Assembly (NCBI GenBank): GCA_945873955.1
Contig: CAMCFA010000006.1
Location: forward strand, 1,759-65,758
Length of the DNA stretch: 64,000 nucleotides
Direction of reading: 5' to 3'
Source of the DNA: an uncultured Clostridia bacterium
Lineage (GTDB): Bacteria > Bacillota > Clostridia > Oscillospirales > Ruminococcaceae
This document shows, one piece after another, positions 9,229 to 18,491 of the stretch. The notes beneath the pieces are model-generated. The model was not told the DNA's origin. It searched no databases and worked only from the letters and a program-made list of their open reading frames with translations. The stretch's first letter is position 1; the number at the start of each line of letters is the position of its first letter. The position numbers and the translations under genes are program-made.

Positions 9229-10929
9229 TCAGTCCGCCTTATTGAAAGAACATTTCAGCGCCTGTAATTTGTCGTAGTTCCTGTAAAACGAGTAATAAGC
9301 GCCGCAGAAATGCTGTATATCGTCTATTCTGATCCTGTAACCGTCATGCCGCACGAAGAACGCCCCCAGCGACATGTTGGGGTATTTTAGATACATCACA
9401 TATTCCGGATAACCGTAGCCGTTGAGCATGTATTCCGCCCGGTGGAATATTGTTTCCACGAACCTCTGTGTACGGAATTCCTCCATATACGAGCAGGAAA
9501 GCCCCTGTTCCATTATCCGCGAGAACAGCTCAAAGGTCACGCACAGCAGTTCAAGATAGGTGTGATATGTGGTGTCCTGCTTGTATATCCTGTCGAGATT
9601 GACGTTCGCGTTTTTCAGCCCGAAGCTGAGGTATCTGTCCTCCGGCAGGTATTTGGTCAACTCGTTCATGGCGTAAGCCACCCAGTGATCCCGGTGCTTT
9701 TCGTAGCCCTCCCGGATAAACCTGTCCGCCGACATAGCCGCCGCGTCCAGCCACTTTCTGTCGCGGGTAAGCCCGTACAACCGACACAGTGCGAATGTCG
9801 CTTCACCGTCGTAATATACCGTGCGGAACTTATCCTTTGGCGACAGCGACGGGTAGTTCAGCACATGGAAGAAGCTGCCGTCGCGCTTGTCAAACAGCTC
9901 CAGTATGCCGTTTCCAAGCTCCCGCGCAAGCCTTGCGTACTTATCCGTCCCCACGGCGTCCATGTATTCCGTCAGCATGATTATAGCCAGCGCATTCCCG
10001 CCCAGCTTCACCTCGTCAAGCATTTTATCGGCAAGGTACACTGTGTTGTCCTGTCCGGGCTTGTCGGGGTACTTCTTGAAGGTTTCCCGCACCATAAAGC
10101 CGATAGCTTTCTGTATCTGGCTCAGCGTGAATTTGTCCCCGGTGAGCCGATACGCGCAAATAAGGCTCCAAATCGAGGACGCGTGCCGCTGGATATTATA
10201 TCCGGGTATCTCCTTGTGAAATATCGGGTAGTAGCCGTAATCAAACTTGCCGTTCAGCGCCACCTGCATTGACAGGTACTCCGACGAGGAGGAGATCACC
10301 TCCAGCGCGGTCTTGTCGTCCACGCCGCTGATGACCCTGCGCCCGTAGTTGTTCCTGTTCGGCTCGCCGCTTCCGTACAGCCTGTAAACCTCGTTGTGTT
10401 CGTCGCAGAAACGGCTCTCGCAGTCGAACAGCACGACCTCCTCCGGGAACTCGGCGAGGGTGTTCAGCCCGCACTGCGCAAGGTACTTGTTCACCTTTTT
10501 CAGCTCGATGAGGTGCTGTTTGTATGTAATGACGCGGTTTCCGTTTATCTCGGCTTCTATGAGCGCGGTCTGGAGCTTCCCGTCAAATGAGATACCCCGC
10601 CGGAAGAACTCGTTGCGGCTGTTCGTGATCTGCTCCAGAAGTTCTGCGAAGTTCACCCGCTCAAACACTGCGGTGATGTCCGCCTTGACCCACGCCGGCA
10701 TAAGCTCGTTCCGCTGGACGTACTTTATTGCGGACATGCAGGCGCTCTCCCATGCTGCTTCGAGTGTATCGCCGTTCCCACGCAGAACGGTCGCCCTCTC
10801 GGTGGTGTTGCACACGGAGATAAATGCGGCATAGCCGTATTCAGAAGTCCCCGCCACCGCAAAGAACTCGCGGAAGCTCTCTTTAAGCAGCTTTAGTTTT
10901 TCGTTCAGTATGTTGGAAAAATCAGCCAT
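9229..10929 (-). CDS. Hypothetical protein, function unknown (C-terminal half may be an alpha/alpha-toroid fold)
   Basis: ORF-track 9229..10956. ATG 10929 is preceded by GGGAGG. First gene downstream of the promoter at 10977-11005. No motif that I can assign. Confidence 0.8.
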   Translation of the reverse strand: MADFSNILNEKLKLLKESFREFFAVAGTSEYGYAAFISVCNTTERATVLRGNGDTLEAAWESACMSAIKYVQRNELMPAWVKADITAVFERVNFAELLEQITNSRNEFFRRGISFDGKLQTALIEAEINGNRVITYKQHLIELKKVNKYLAQCGLNTLAEFPEEVVLFDCESRFCDEHNEVYRLYGSGEPNRNNYGRRVISGVDDKTALEVISSSSEYLSMQVALNGKFDYGYYPIFHKEIPGYNIQRHASSIWSLICAYRLTGDKFTLSQIQKAIGFMVRETFKKYPDKPGQDNTVYLADKMLDEVKLGGNALAIIMLTEYMDAVGTDKYARLARELGNGILELFDKRDGSFFHVLNYPSLSPKDKFRTVYYDGEATFALCRLYGLTRDRKWLDAAAMSADRFIREGYEKHRDHWVAYAMNELTKYLPEDRYLSFGLKNANVNLDRIYKQDTTYHTYLELLCVTFELFSRIMEQGLSCSYMEEFRTQRFVETIFHRAEYMLNGYGYPEYVMYLKYPNMSLGAFFVRHDGYRIRIDDIQHFCGAYYSFYRNYDKLQALKCSFNKAD

Positions 10930-10976
10930 AGCGACCTCCCGGCTGTAAGCCTGCACTTACCATTATCTTTGGGTAT

Positions 10977-11005
10977 ATTATAGCATAACCCGCGGGATTT
11001 GTAAA
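10977..11005 (-). promoter_or_regulatory. Sigma-A-type promoter for the 10929->4454 operon
   Basis: Minus strand reads TTTACA, 17 nt, TATAAT. Confidence 0.6.
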
Positions 11006-11037
11006 GAGTGATGTTTTTTGTTTTAAAACATAAATGA

Positions 11038-11183
11038 AAATTGTAACTTGGCGTGCAGTTCTCTTTTCCTCTTTGCGCAGCAAAATTGCTTTTCGCTTCC
11101 TTTTGGCTTCCAAAAGGAAGCGAAAAGCATTTCCGCGCTTCGCGCGGAGTTCTAAGAGAAAACGCACCGAAAAATTACAATTT
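11038..11183. repeat. 146-bp imperfect palindrome (E2) containing a perfect 20-bp-stem hairpin
   Basis: Outer arms aaattgtaa (11038-11046) / ttacaattt (11175-11183). Perfect stem 11087-11106 / 11110-11129 (tgcttttcgcttccttttgg, loop ctt). Adjacent ccgcgc-ttc-gcgcgg hairpin at 11133-11147. Confidence 0.8.
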
Positions 11184-11292
11184 ACCGCTTTGACCTCTCC
11201 CCCCTCAAGAAAACGTATACACAAACACCTCGAAAAAATTCACAGAATCAAATGCCGAAATTGTACTGATTCCACAAAATTGGCAATAGTCG

Positions 11293-11321
11293 TTGACAGA
11301 ATTTAGAGAATAGTATATAAT
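11293..11321 (+). promoter_or_regulatory. Consensus sigma-A promoter for the CotH gene
   Basis: TTGACA, 17 nt, TATAAT. Confidence 0.7.
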
Positions 11322-11362
11322 TAAATCAAGTAATTTAGTTTATTCACTGCTGGAGGTGCTTT

Positions 11363-12793
11363 GTGAAGAAAATACGTTTTTTTGCTGCTGCACTTGCGGC
11401 GATAGTTCTTTGCAGCGGCTGTTCCGGAGAGATATCCGGCAGCAGCTCACAGGAAAGTCGTGCCACTGACGCTGACGGAAAGATAATCCCGTTCTCCGAC
11501 AGCTATAATCCGCGGTCATACACTCCCGGCTCAGACGGCTGGTGCGTAATGCTCCGGGATATCCCCGGTGAATTCGGGCAGGAGACCGACAAGCTGATAC
11601 CGTCGGTGTTCCTCACCACCGACGACCCCTCCGCGATAAACCGCGACGAATACGTCCCCTGCACACTGCAAATCGACGCCGGAATGACCGGAGGAGAGTA
11701 CTCCAGCACCGAGGTGCTTGCCGGAGAGATACGCGGGCGCGGACATTCCACATGGGAGTGGCCTAAAAAGCCCTATAAGATCAAGCTGGACGATAAAGCC
11801 TCGCTGCTGGGAATGACCGAGGCGAAACGCTGGGTGCTTCTGGCGGATTACGCAGACGAGTCGCTGCTCCGCAACACCGCCGCCTTTGAAATGGCGCGCA
11901 GCATGGGCAGCTTTGCGTTCGTGCCGCACGCTATCCCGGTGGATGTCTACCTGAACGGGATATATCAGGGCGTGTACACCCTCGGCGAACAGCTTGAGGT
12001 GAAAAGCTCACGGCTTGCTATCGACAATAACCTCGCTAACGTAGAGACCGGATACCTCCTTGAGATCGGCGGCGCAGATCCCAACGTTGACAAAGAGGGC
12101 TGGAATTACTTCGATCTCCCCTCCGGCTGCGGGATAAACGTCCTCATAAAAAGCCCGGATACCGAGATCGACCCTAATGCCGAATACAACTGGACGCAGG
12201 AGCATTTCGACTTCATCTATAACTATGTATGCAAGGCTGACGAGGCTATAACCACCCTCACCGACTACGAAAAGTACATCGATGTGGACAGCTTCATAGA
12301 CTGGTTCTTGGTGCATGAGATGACCTATAACCTCGACTCCTGCTTCCGCAGAAGCTGCTACATAACAAAGCCTAAGCTAGGCAAACTGAAAATGGGGCCT
12401 GTCTGGGACTTCGACCTCGCGTTCGGCAATATGTACATGGATAACCCGCTGTACAACGACTGGGCGACGGTCGGCAGCTCCGACCGCAGCAGCTACATAG
12501 GGCTGACGTGGTTCAACTACCTCATGACCGACGAAAACTTCCGCAGCAAGGCAAGAGCGCGCTGGGACGAGATCAACGAAACCATGTGCGAAAGCGCTTT
12601 GGCAATTATCGACGATCTGAAGCCAAAGGTAGCCCCCTCAGCCGAGCTGAACTTTGAGATCTGGGACACGCTGGGCTGCGCGAACGGCTTCCAGCCGAAA
12701 GCAATGGAACAGTACAGTACCTACCTTGATCAAGTACTCTATGTGCGGAAATTCATCAAAAACCGCCAGAAATGGATAGACGAAAACCTGTAA
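11363..12793 (+). CDS. CotH-family (atypical kinase) lipoprotein
   Basis: 476 aa. GTG start after GGAGGTG. Signal peptide with LCSGC. CotH-like blocks (KKPYKIKL, LLADYADESLLRN, VYLNGIYQGVYTLGEQ, WDFDLAFGN). Confidence 0.8.
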   Translation: MKKIRFFAAALAAIVLCSGCSGEISGSSSQESRATDADGKIIPFSDSYNPRSYTPGSDGWCVMLRDIPGEFGQETDKLIPSVFLTTDDPSAINRDEYVPCTLQIDAGMTGGEYSSTEVLAGEIRGRGHSTWEWPKKPYKIKLDDKASLLGMTEAKRWVLLADYADESLLRNTAAFEMARSMGSFAFVPHAIPVDVYLNGIYQGVYTLGEQLEVKSSRLAIDNNLANVETGYLLEIGGADPNVDKEGWNYFDLPSGCGINVLIKSPDTEIDPNAEYNWTQEHFDFIYNYVCKADEAITTLTDYEKYIDVDSFIDWFLVHEMTYNLDSCFRRSCYITKPKLGKLKMGPVWDFDLAFGNMYMDNPLYNDWATVGSSDRSSYIGLTWFNYLMTDENFRSKARARWDEINETMCESALAIIDDLKPKVAPSAELNFEIWDTLGCANGFQPKAMEQYSTYLDQVLYVRKFIKNRQKWIDENL

Positions 12794-12800
12794 TACTATA

Positions 12801-12833
12801 TTTCCCCCGCACCGCAGCGGGGGAAATTTCTTG
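12801..12833 (+). terminator. Intrinsic terminator after the CotH gene
   Basis: Stem tttcccccgc / gcgggggaaa, 6-nt loop, then TTTCTT. Confidence 0.7.
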
Positions 12834-12847
12834 AAAGGAGATCCCTG

Positions 12848-13673
12848 TTGAATACAAGGCTTTACATAATAGAGGGGCTTCCCTGCTCCGGCAAAAGCTC
12901 CACCGCGAAATTCACCGCCGGGCTGACCGGAGGGCGGCTGTACGACGAGGACTGCGGCAATCACCCGGCGGACTGGGAATTCACCGCTTTTGTCCCGAAC
13001 AGTGCCGAGGAATTCACCCCGGAGGAACATGCTGTGCTGGCTTCGCTGGGTGAACGGCTTCCCGGCGGGAACGCAGTCCCGCTGAACAGACTCACGGAAC
13101 AGTATCACGGGCTTTTTTGACCGGGCGTTCAGATACAAAATATACGACTGCCTTGACTGGGAGAACGAGCGGCAAGTAATTCTTCACAAATGGCGCAGCT
13201 TCATGGAACAAGTGCTTGCTTCCGAGCAGGACAGCGTGTTCGTGTTCAACTGCGTGCTTCTGCAAAACCCCATGTGCGAAACAATGATGAGGTTCAATTT
13301 TGAAAGCTCTGTTTCCTACGCTTTTATCCGGGAGATATGCGGGATAATTACACCGCTGAAACCCACGGTGATATACCTCAAAAACAGCGAGATAGCCGGC
13401 AGTGTTCGTAAAGCCGCGGCGGAACGCGGGGACGAGTGGCTCTCCGCCGTGACCGACTACCATTGCAGCGGCGGCTACGGAACGGCGAACCGTCTCTCCG
13501 GGTTTGAGGGCTACATTGCTGCTCTGGAAGAACGCCAGCGCAGGGAGCTGGAATTCCTGCCGAAGCTGCCGGTGAAATCACTGATACTGAACGACCCGCA
13601 GCGGGACTGGTCGGAGGCTTACCGTATTATTGAACGGGAAATAACCGGGAATACCTCAACAGGGCAAAAATAG
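12848..13673 (+). pseudogene. P-loop NTPase/kinase-like gene split by a frameshift at a T6 run
   Basis: ORFs 12848..13120 (Walker A GLPCSGKSS) and 13203..13673. The second frame is open back to 13119, so removing one T from 13113-13118 gives one ~273-aa ORF. Confidence 0.7.
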
Positions 13674-13713
13674 TCGAGAAAAAAAGTGCCTTACGCAGTA
13701 TACTTAACTCAGG

Positions 13714-14604
13714 GTGATGAAAATGAACGAACGGATACTTGCAGTCCAGCGTATGCAGGACTACATCGAAGCTCATATCAGCGAGGAGATCACGCCGGCT
13801 GGGCTTGCCGCAGCGGCTCTGTATTCGCCGTGGTACTCCTACCGGATATTCCGGGAGCTGACCGGGCTTACCCCGGCGGACTATATCCGCAGGCTTAGGC
13901 TGTCTAAATCCGCGCTTCGGCTGAAAAACAGTGACTGCCGCATTGCAGAGGTCGCGTTTGAAATGGGCTTCGGCAGCGTGGACGGCTACCAGCGGGCATT
14001 TTACCGCGAATTCGGCATGAACCCCGGAGAGTACGCCAGAAAACCTGTTCCGGTCGCTCTTTTCATTCCCTACGGAGTAAAGTTCAGAGAACTGCGAAAG
14101 GAAGATGTCAACATGGATAACGTAAGAAGCGTATTTGTTCAGCAGGTAAAAAAGCCCCGCAGAAAGGTGATGATCAAGCGCGGCATAAAGGCGGAGGACT
14201 ACTTTGCATACTGCGGCGAGGTAGGCTGCGACGTGTGGGGAGTCCTCACGAGCATGAACTCACTGTGCGGCGAGCCGGTGTGCATGTGGCTGCCGCGGCG
14301 GCTGGTGAAGCCGGGGACTTCTGTGTACGTTCAGGGCGTGGAAGTCCCGGAGGATTACAGCGGCGCCGTGCCGGAGGGGTTCGACATTATCGACCTGCCG
14401 GAGTGCGACTATCTGATGTTTCAGGGTGAGCCGTTCCGGGAGGAGGACTACTGCGAAGCCATTGCCGCCGTGCAGACCGCGGTAAGCCGCTACGCGCCGG
14501 AGGTTTCCGGCTGGGAATGGGACGCAGACAGCCCGAAGATCCAGCTTGAACCTATCGGCGAAAGAGGCTACATCGAGCTTCACCCGGTGAAGAAAAAGGC
14601 GTAA
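13714..14604 (+). CDS. AraC-family transcription regulator with a GyrI-like effector-binding domain
   Basis: N-terminal double HTH (ADYIRRLRLSKSALRL..., FGSVDGYQRAFYREFGMNP) and a ~170-aa C-terminal GyrI-like region. The true start may be ATG 13717 or 13723. Confidence 0.85.
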   Translation: MMKMNERILAVQRMQDYIEAHISEEITPAGLAAAALYSPWYSYRIFRELTGLTPADYIRRLRLSKSALRLKNSDCRIAEVAFEMGFGSVDGYQRAFYREFGMNPGEYARKPVPVALFIPYGVKFRELRKEDVNMDNVRSVFVQQVKKPRRKVMIKRGIKAEDYFAYCGEVGCDVWGVLTSMNSLCGEPVCMWLPRRLVKPGTSVYVQGVEVPEDYSGAVPEGFDIIDLPECDYLMFQGEPFREEDYCEAIAAVQTAVSRYAPEVSGWEWDADSPKIQLEPIGERGYIELHPVKKKA

Positions 14605-14633
14605 TAAGCCGTCGATATATCAATGTATAGATA

Positions 14634-14671
14634 CAGCCTAAGAAAACTGTGGTTCTCTTAGGCTGTTTTTA
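14634..14671. terminator. Hairpin terminator between convergent genes
   Basis: Stem cagcctaaga / tcttaggctg followed by TTTTTA. Homologous to the hairpin at 47436-47474. Confidence 0.7.
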
Positions 14672-14685
14672 TGTTTAGGTCTGGG

Positions 14686-15240
14686 CTATCGGCATGAACA
14701 ATGGGTAGTTGATTGTAAAACAGTTTCAAGAAACAAGTGATTGTTATGTTCTATCGCACCGCCCACTTTCATAGAAGAAGTGGCAACGATTTGAAACCCC
14801 AATTTTTTATAAAGTGATACTGCGGGAATGTTCTGGCTTCCTGTATCAAGTCTTAATACTTTACACCAGTTGTTTTTGGCAAGTTCCATTGCATATTTAA
14901 CAAGTGCTGATGCAATTCCTTTTCCCGCCATAGATGGACGTACCATAAGCAAGTGGATAACCATTACTTCATCAGCTCTCAGGTCTTTTCCCCAATTGAT
15001 TTCATTATACTCTATCGGTTGCTCTTTATCCACAATTATGGATCCTGCAATATTGTCGTTTTCTTCATACACATATAACGCCCCGGTATTTATGGCTTTC
15101 ATTGCATCCTTTTTTGTTGGATATACCCCTTTTTTGAACACAGTAAAAGCCCCGTGCTCAATTTCATGATTGAAATGCTCATTATATGTATCTTCTATCA
15201 TGTCAATGTCAGCCAAAATAGCTTGCCGTATTATACACAT
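14686..15240 (-). CDS. GNAT-family N-acetyltransferase on a low-GC islet
   Basis: 184 aa. Acetyl-CoA motif VRPSMAGKGIASALV. Strong RBS AAGGAGG. About 40% GC versus ~58-60% in the flanks. Confidence 0.85.
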   Translation of the reverse strand: MCIIRQAILADIDMIEDTYNEHFNHEIEHGAFTVFKKGVYPTKKDAMKAINTGALYVYEENDNIAGSIIVDKEQPIEYNEINWGKDLRADEVMVIHLLMVRPSMAGKGIASALVKYAMELAKNNWCKVLRLDTGSQNIPAVSLYKKLGFQIVATSSMKVGGAIEHNNHLFLETVLQSTTHCSCR

Positions 15241-15276
15241 AGTTCCTCCTTACAAATTCGATTTGTCGATAAGTTC

Positions 15277-15305
15277 ATTATATCACAAAAGCATTATGAA
15301 GTCAA
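15277..15305 (-). promoter_or_regulatory. Consensus sigma-A promoter for the GNAT gene
   Basis: Minus strand reads TTGACT, 17 nt, TATAAT. Confidence 0.65.
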
Positions 15306-15409
15306 TATCAGTACCTCTTTACCTATCGACTCCATATATGGTGTGCTTTTTGTATTTTTCGCGTTTTTTCGGGAATGCTAACCCAAGAATTTTTATACGG
15401 GGTGAAAGC

Positions 15410-16585
15410 ATGATAAACGACGGATTCACATACATTGCGGCGCTGGTGTTCATCGCTGCGATACTGATAAACCTCCCGAAGATATTCCGCGGAAAAGCGG
15501 CGCAGAAATTCTTCAGTTTTGCGCCGCCTATCGTTCTGATATATCTAGGTCTGATGACTCTCTGCACGGTGCGGCTGTGGGATCTCCCAGCCACCGCTGA
15601 AGCATACTCCGCACTGAAAAACCCGTTGCTGTATGCAATGCTGTTCCTTATGCTGCTTCGCTGCGATCTGCGGAAGATACTGCGGCTGGGGCCAAAAATG
15701 CTTATCGGCTTCTTCGCCGCTACTATATCTATCTCACTTGGCTTCGTCGTGGCTTACGCTATAATGCGCGACGCTCTTGGAGAGGGTGCTTGGAGGTCGC
15801 TGGGGGCGCTGTGCGGAAGCTGGATGGGCGGCGGCGGTAACATGATGGCTATTCAAGCCGCGCTTGATATCGACGAATCTGAAATGGCTTATGCGCTTGT
15901 CATGGACTCGATATGTGCGACGCTGTACGTCATGTTCCTGCTGTGGGCAATCGGGTTTTCCGGGAAGTTCAACCGCTGGACGAAAGCAGACACCCGCGTT
16001 ATCGACGCGGTGGGCGCTTCCCTTGAGGAGGAAGCGAAGTCCGACACAAAGCCTATCACATGGCAAAATATCGCGATACTGGTGGGTTCGGGGCTGCTTG
16101 CTTCGGCGGTGTGTATTAAGCTGGGGGCGATCATCGGTGAGGCTGTGCCGTTCTTCGACAAGGCGACGTGGACTGTGCTGCTGATAACTCTGCTGGGTGT
16201 GCTGCTCGCAATGACGCCGTTCGGCAGGATAAAGGGCACGGAGGAGATCTCCAATGTGCTTTTGTATATCGTTGTGGCGCTGATCGCCTCCCGCGCCGAT
16301 CTGAGCGCAATGGGTAACGCTCCGGCGTGGCTGCTTAGCGGCTTTATAATTCTGGCGATCCACGCGGCGGTCATGGTGATCCTCGCGAAGCTGCTGAAGC
16401 TGGACATCTTCACCTGCGCCGTGGCTTCGCTGGCGAATATCGGCGGCACCGCCACAGCGCCGGTACTCGCAGGAACGTACAGCAGCGCCCTTGTCCCGGT
16501 AGGGATCATCATGGCGCTGCTGGGGTATGTCGTCGGGACAGGCGGCGGTCTGCTGACTGCGCAGCTTATGAGTTTACTCGGTTAA
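15410..16585 (+). CDS. DUF819-family polytopic membrane protein
   Basis: ORF-track starts at 15170, but the first 80 codons are AT-rich promoter sequence. ATG 15410 follows GGGGTGA and begins MINDGFTYIAALVF. About 10-12 TM segments. Confidence 0.8.
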   Translation: MINDGFTYIAALVFIAAILINLPKIFRGKAAQKFFSFAPPIVLIYLGLMTLCTVRLWDLPATAEAYSALKNPLLYAMLFLMLLRCDLRKILRLGPKMLIGFFAATISISLGFVVAYAIMRDALGEGAWRSLGALCGSWMGGGGNMMAIQAALDIDESEMAYALVMDSICATLYVMFLLWAIGFSGKFNRWTKADTRVIDAVGASLEEEAKSDTKPITWQNIAILVGSGLLASAVCIKLGAIIGEAVPFFDKATWTVLLITLLGVLLAMTPFGRIKGTEEISNVLLYIVVALIASRADLSAMGNAPAWLLSGFIILAIHAAVMVILAKLLKLDIFTCAVASLANIGGTATAPVLAGTYSSALVPVGIIMALLGYVVGTGGGLLTAQLMSLLG

Positions 16586-16614
16586 TAACTCTGCGTACAG
16601 CATAATTTCTCATA

Positions 16615-16656
16615 TAAAAAAGTGCAGACCCCGTGAAGGATCTGCACTATTATTTT
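16615..16656. terminator. Bidirectional intrinsic terminator (DUF819 gene / tsf)
   Basis: Stem agtgcaga / tctgcact flanked by an A-run and a T-rich run. Confidence 0.65.
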
Positions 16657-16675
16657 CAGTTATTGCTGAACCAAA

Positions 16676-17602
16676 TCAGCCCTTTGCCATCTGAGCAACC
16701 TCTGCTGCGAAGTCGTCCTGCTTCTTCTCGATACCCTCGCCGCGCTCGTAGCGAACGAAAGCGTCTACCTTGATCTCAGCGCCGGCAGCCTTAGCCTCGG
16801 ACTCAACGTACTTAGCGATAGTCATGGAATCGTCCTTGAAGTACTTCTGATCGAGCAGGCAAACCTCCTCGTAGTACTTTCTGAGACGACCCTCAACGAT
16901 CTTCTCAAGAACGTTCTCAGGCTTGGGCTTAGCGGACTGAGCGTTCTCAGTCTTTACCAGACCAAGCTGAACTTCCTTCTCGTTAGCGAGAACGTCAGCA
17001 GGAATGTCGTTCTGAGATACATACTGCGCGTTAAGAGCTGTAACCTGAAGTGCTACATTCTTGCCGCATGCCAGAACAGCTGCGTCGTCGGGCTTGTCGG
17101 TGGTGAGCTTTACCATTGTGCCGATTCTGCCGCCGTCGTGCATATAGGGAACCAGAGTACCGGTCATCTTGGTGAAACGACGGATATTCATGTTCTCGCC
17201 GATAGTAGCAATCTTTTCGGTCATATATTCTGCAACGGTCTGGCTGGTGCCTGATGCTGTGCAGCTCTTGAGAGCCTCAACGTCTGCAACGTCGTTTGCA
17301 AGAATGGTGTCGGTGATAGTTTCAACCAGCTCAAGGAACTTGTCGCTCTTTGCGCAGAAGTCGGTCTCGCAGTTGATCTCTACCAGAACGCCGGTGTTAC
17401 CGTTGGTCTTAGCCTTTACAATGCCCTCGGCAGCGATTCTGCCAGCCTTCTTAGCTGCCTTTGCAAGACCCTTCTCACGGAGGATCTTGACAGCCTCGTC
17501 TCTGTTGCCGTCAGCTTCAACGAGCGCTCTCTTGCAGTCCATCATGCCGCAGCCGGTCATTTCACGGAGCTCTGCTACTTCTTTTGCTGTAATATTAGCC
17601 AT
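16676..17602 (-). CDS. tsf: Elongation factor Ts
   Basis: 308 aa. N-terminal UBA-like MANITAKEVAELREMTGCGMMDCKRAL. Downstream of rpsB. Confidence 0.95.
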   Translation of the reverse strand: MANITAKEVAELREMTGCGMMDCKRALVEADGNRDEAVKILREKGLAKAAKKAGRIAAEGIVKAKTNGNTGVLVEINCETDFCAKSDKFLELVETITDTILANDVADVEALKSCTASGTSQTVAEYMTEKIATIGENMNIRRFTKMTGTLVPYMHDGGRIGTMVKLTTDKPDDAAVLACGKNVALQVTALNAQYVSQNDIPADVLANEKEVQLGLVKTENAQSAKPKPENVLEKIVEGRLRKYYEEVCLLDQKYFKDDSMTIAKYVESEAKAAGAEIKVDAFVRYERGEGIEKKQDDFAAEVAQMAKG

Positions 17603-17650
17603 TGTATTTTCTCCTTTACTTGTAGTTATATAACGTCCTGTCCGGAACTA

Positions 17651-18385
17651 TTACTCAGCGTCCTCAGCGGGTGCAGCCTGCTCCTCAGCAGCAGCTTCTG
17701 CGCTGCCCTGGTTTGCAGAGATGATAGCGTCAGCCATTGCGCCTGCGATCAGCTTAACTGCTCTGATAGCGTCGTCGTTTCCGGGGATTACATAGTCGAT
17801 CTCATCGGGGTCGCAGTTGGTGTCAACGATAGCTACTACCGGGATACCGAGCTTCTTAGCTTCGGATACTGCGATCTTTTCCTTGCGGGGGTCAACTACG
17901 AAGAGAGCGCCGGGGAGCTTCTTCATGTTCTTGATACCGCCGAGGAACTTCTCGAGCTTTTCGATCTCGAGGTTGAGCTTAACTACTTCCTTCTTGGGGA
18001 GAAGGTCGAAGGTGCCGTCTGTTTCCATGGTGTGGAGCTGCTCGAGTCTTGCGATTCTTCTCTGAATGGTCTTGAAGTTGGTCATCATACCGCCGAGCCA
18101 TCTAGCGTTTACAAAGTGAGCGCCTGCGCGGGTAGCTTCTTCCTTGATGGAATCAGCAGCCTGCTTCTTGGTGCCTACGAAAAGAACCTCGCCGCCGTTT
18201 GCTGCAACCTCGTGAATGAAGTTGTAAGCCTCGTCCAGCTTTCTTACGGTCTTCTGAAGGTCGATGATGTAGATGCCGTTTCTTTCGGTGAAGATATAGG
18301 GAGCCATTTTAGGGTTCCATCTTCTTGTCTGGTGACCGAAATGTACGCCTGCTTCGAGAAGCTGCTTCATAGATACTACTGCCAT
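17651..18385 (-). CDS. rpsB: 30S ribosomal protein S2
   Basis: [30 protein letters not shown] 18385 is preceded by AGGAGGA. The longer ORF-track start at 18424 is rejected. Confidence 0.95.
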   Translation of the reverse strand: MAVVSMKQLLEAGVHFGHQTRRWNPKMAPYIFTERNGIYIIDLQKTVRKLDEAYNFIHEVAANGGEVLFVGTKKQAADSIKEEATRAGAHFVNARWLGGMMTNFKTIQRRIARLEQLHTMETDGTFDLLPKKEVVKLNLEIEKLEKFLGGIKNMKKLPGALFVVDPRKEKIAVSEAKKLGIPVVAIVDTNCDPDEIDYVIPGNDDAIRAVKLIAGAMADAIISANQGSAEAAAEEQAAPAEDAE

Positions 18386-18491
18386 TGTGTTTTCCTCCTG
18401 ATTTTGGTTTGATTTTTCCTCCACGGCAAATCACATTCCGGACGCGTGGGCGCACCGGCGGAACGCTGTCGCCGTGTGTGTATTTGTGCTT

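Noticed and set aside
10922-11306. 90-100-aa KRKR-rich ORFs on both strands in the cotH upstream spacer
   Set aside because: They are produced by the 20-bp perfect palindrome, so both strands encode similar low-complexity peptides. They also overlap promoters.
15170-15409. N-terminal 80-codon extension of the DUF819 ORF. Analogous extensions occur at 37233-37406 (topoisomerase B subunit), 19027-19191 (ylmC), 18386-18424 (rpsB), 32785-32805 (fhs) and 45606-45668 (GNAT)
   Set aside because: The extensions run through AT-rich promoter sequence or overlap the upstream gene. In each case an internal ATG with a good Shine-Dalgarno matches the conserved family N-terminus.
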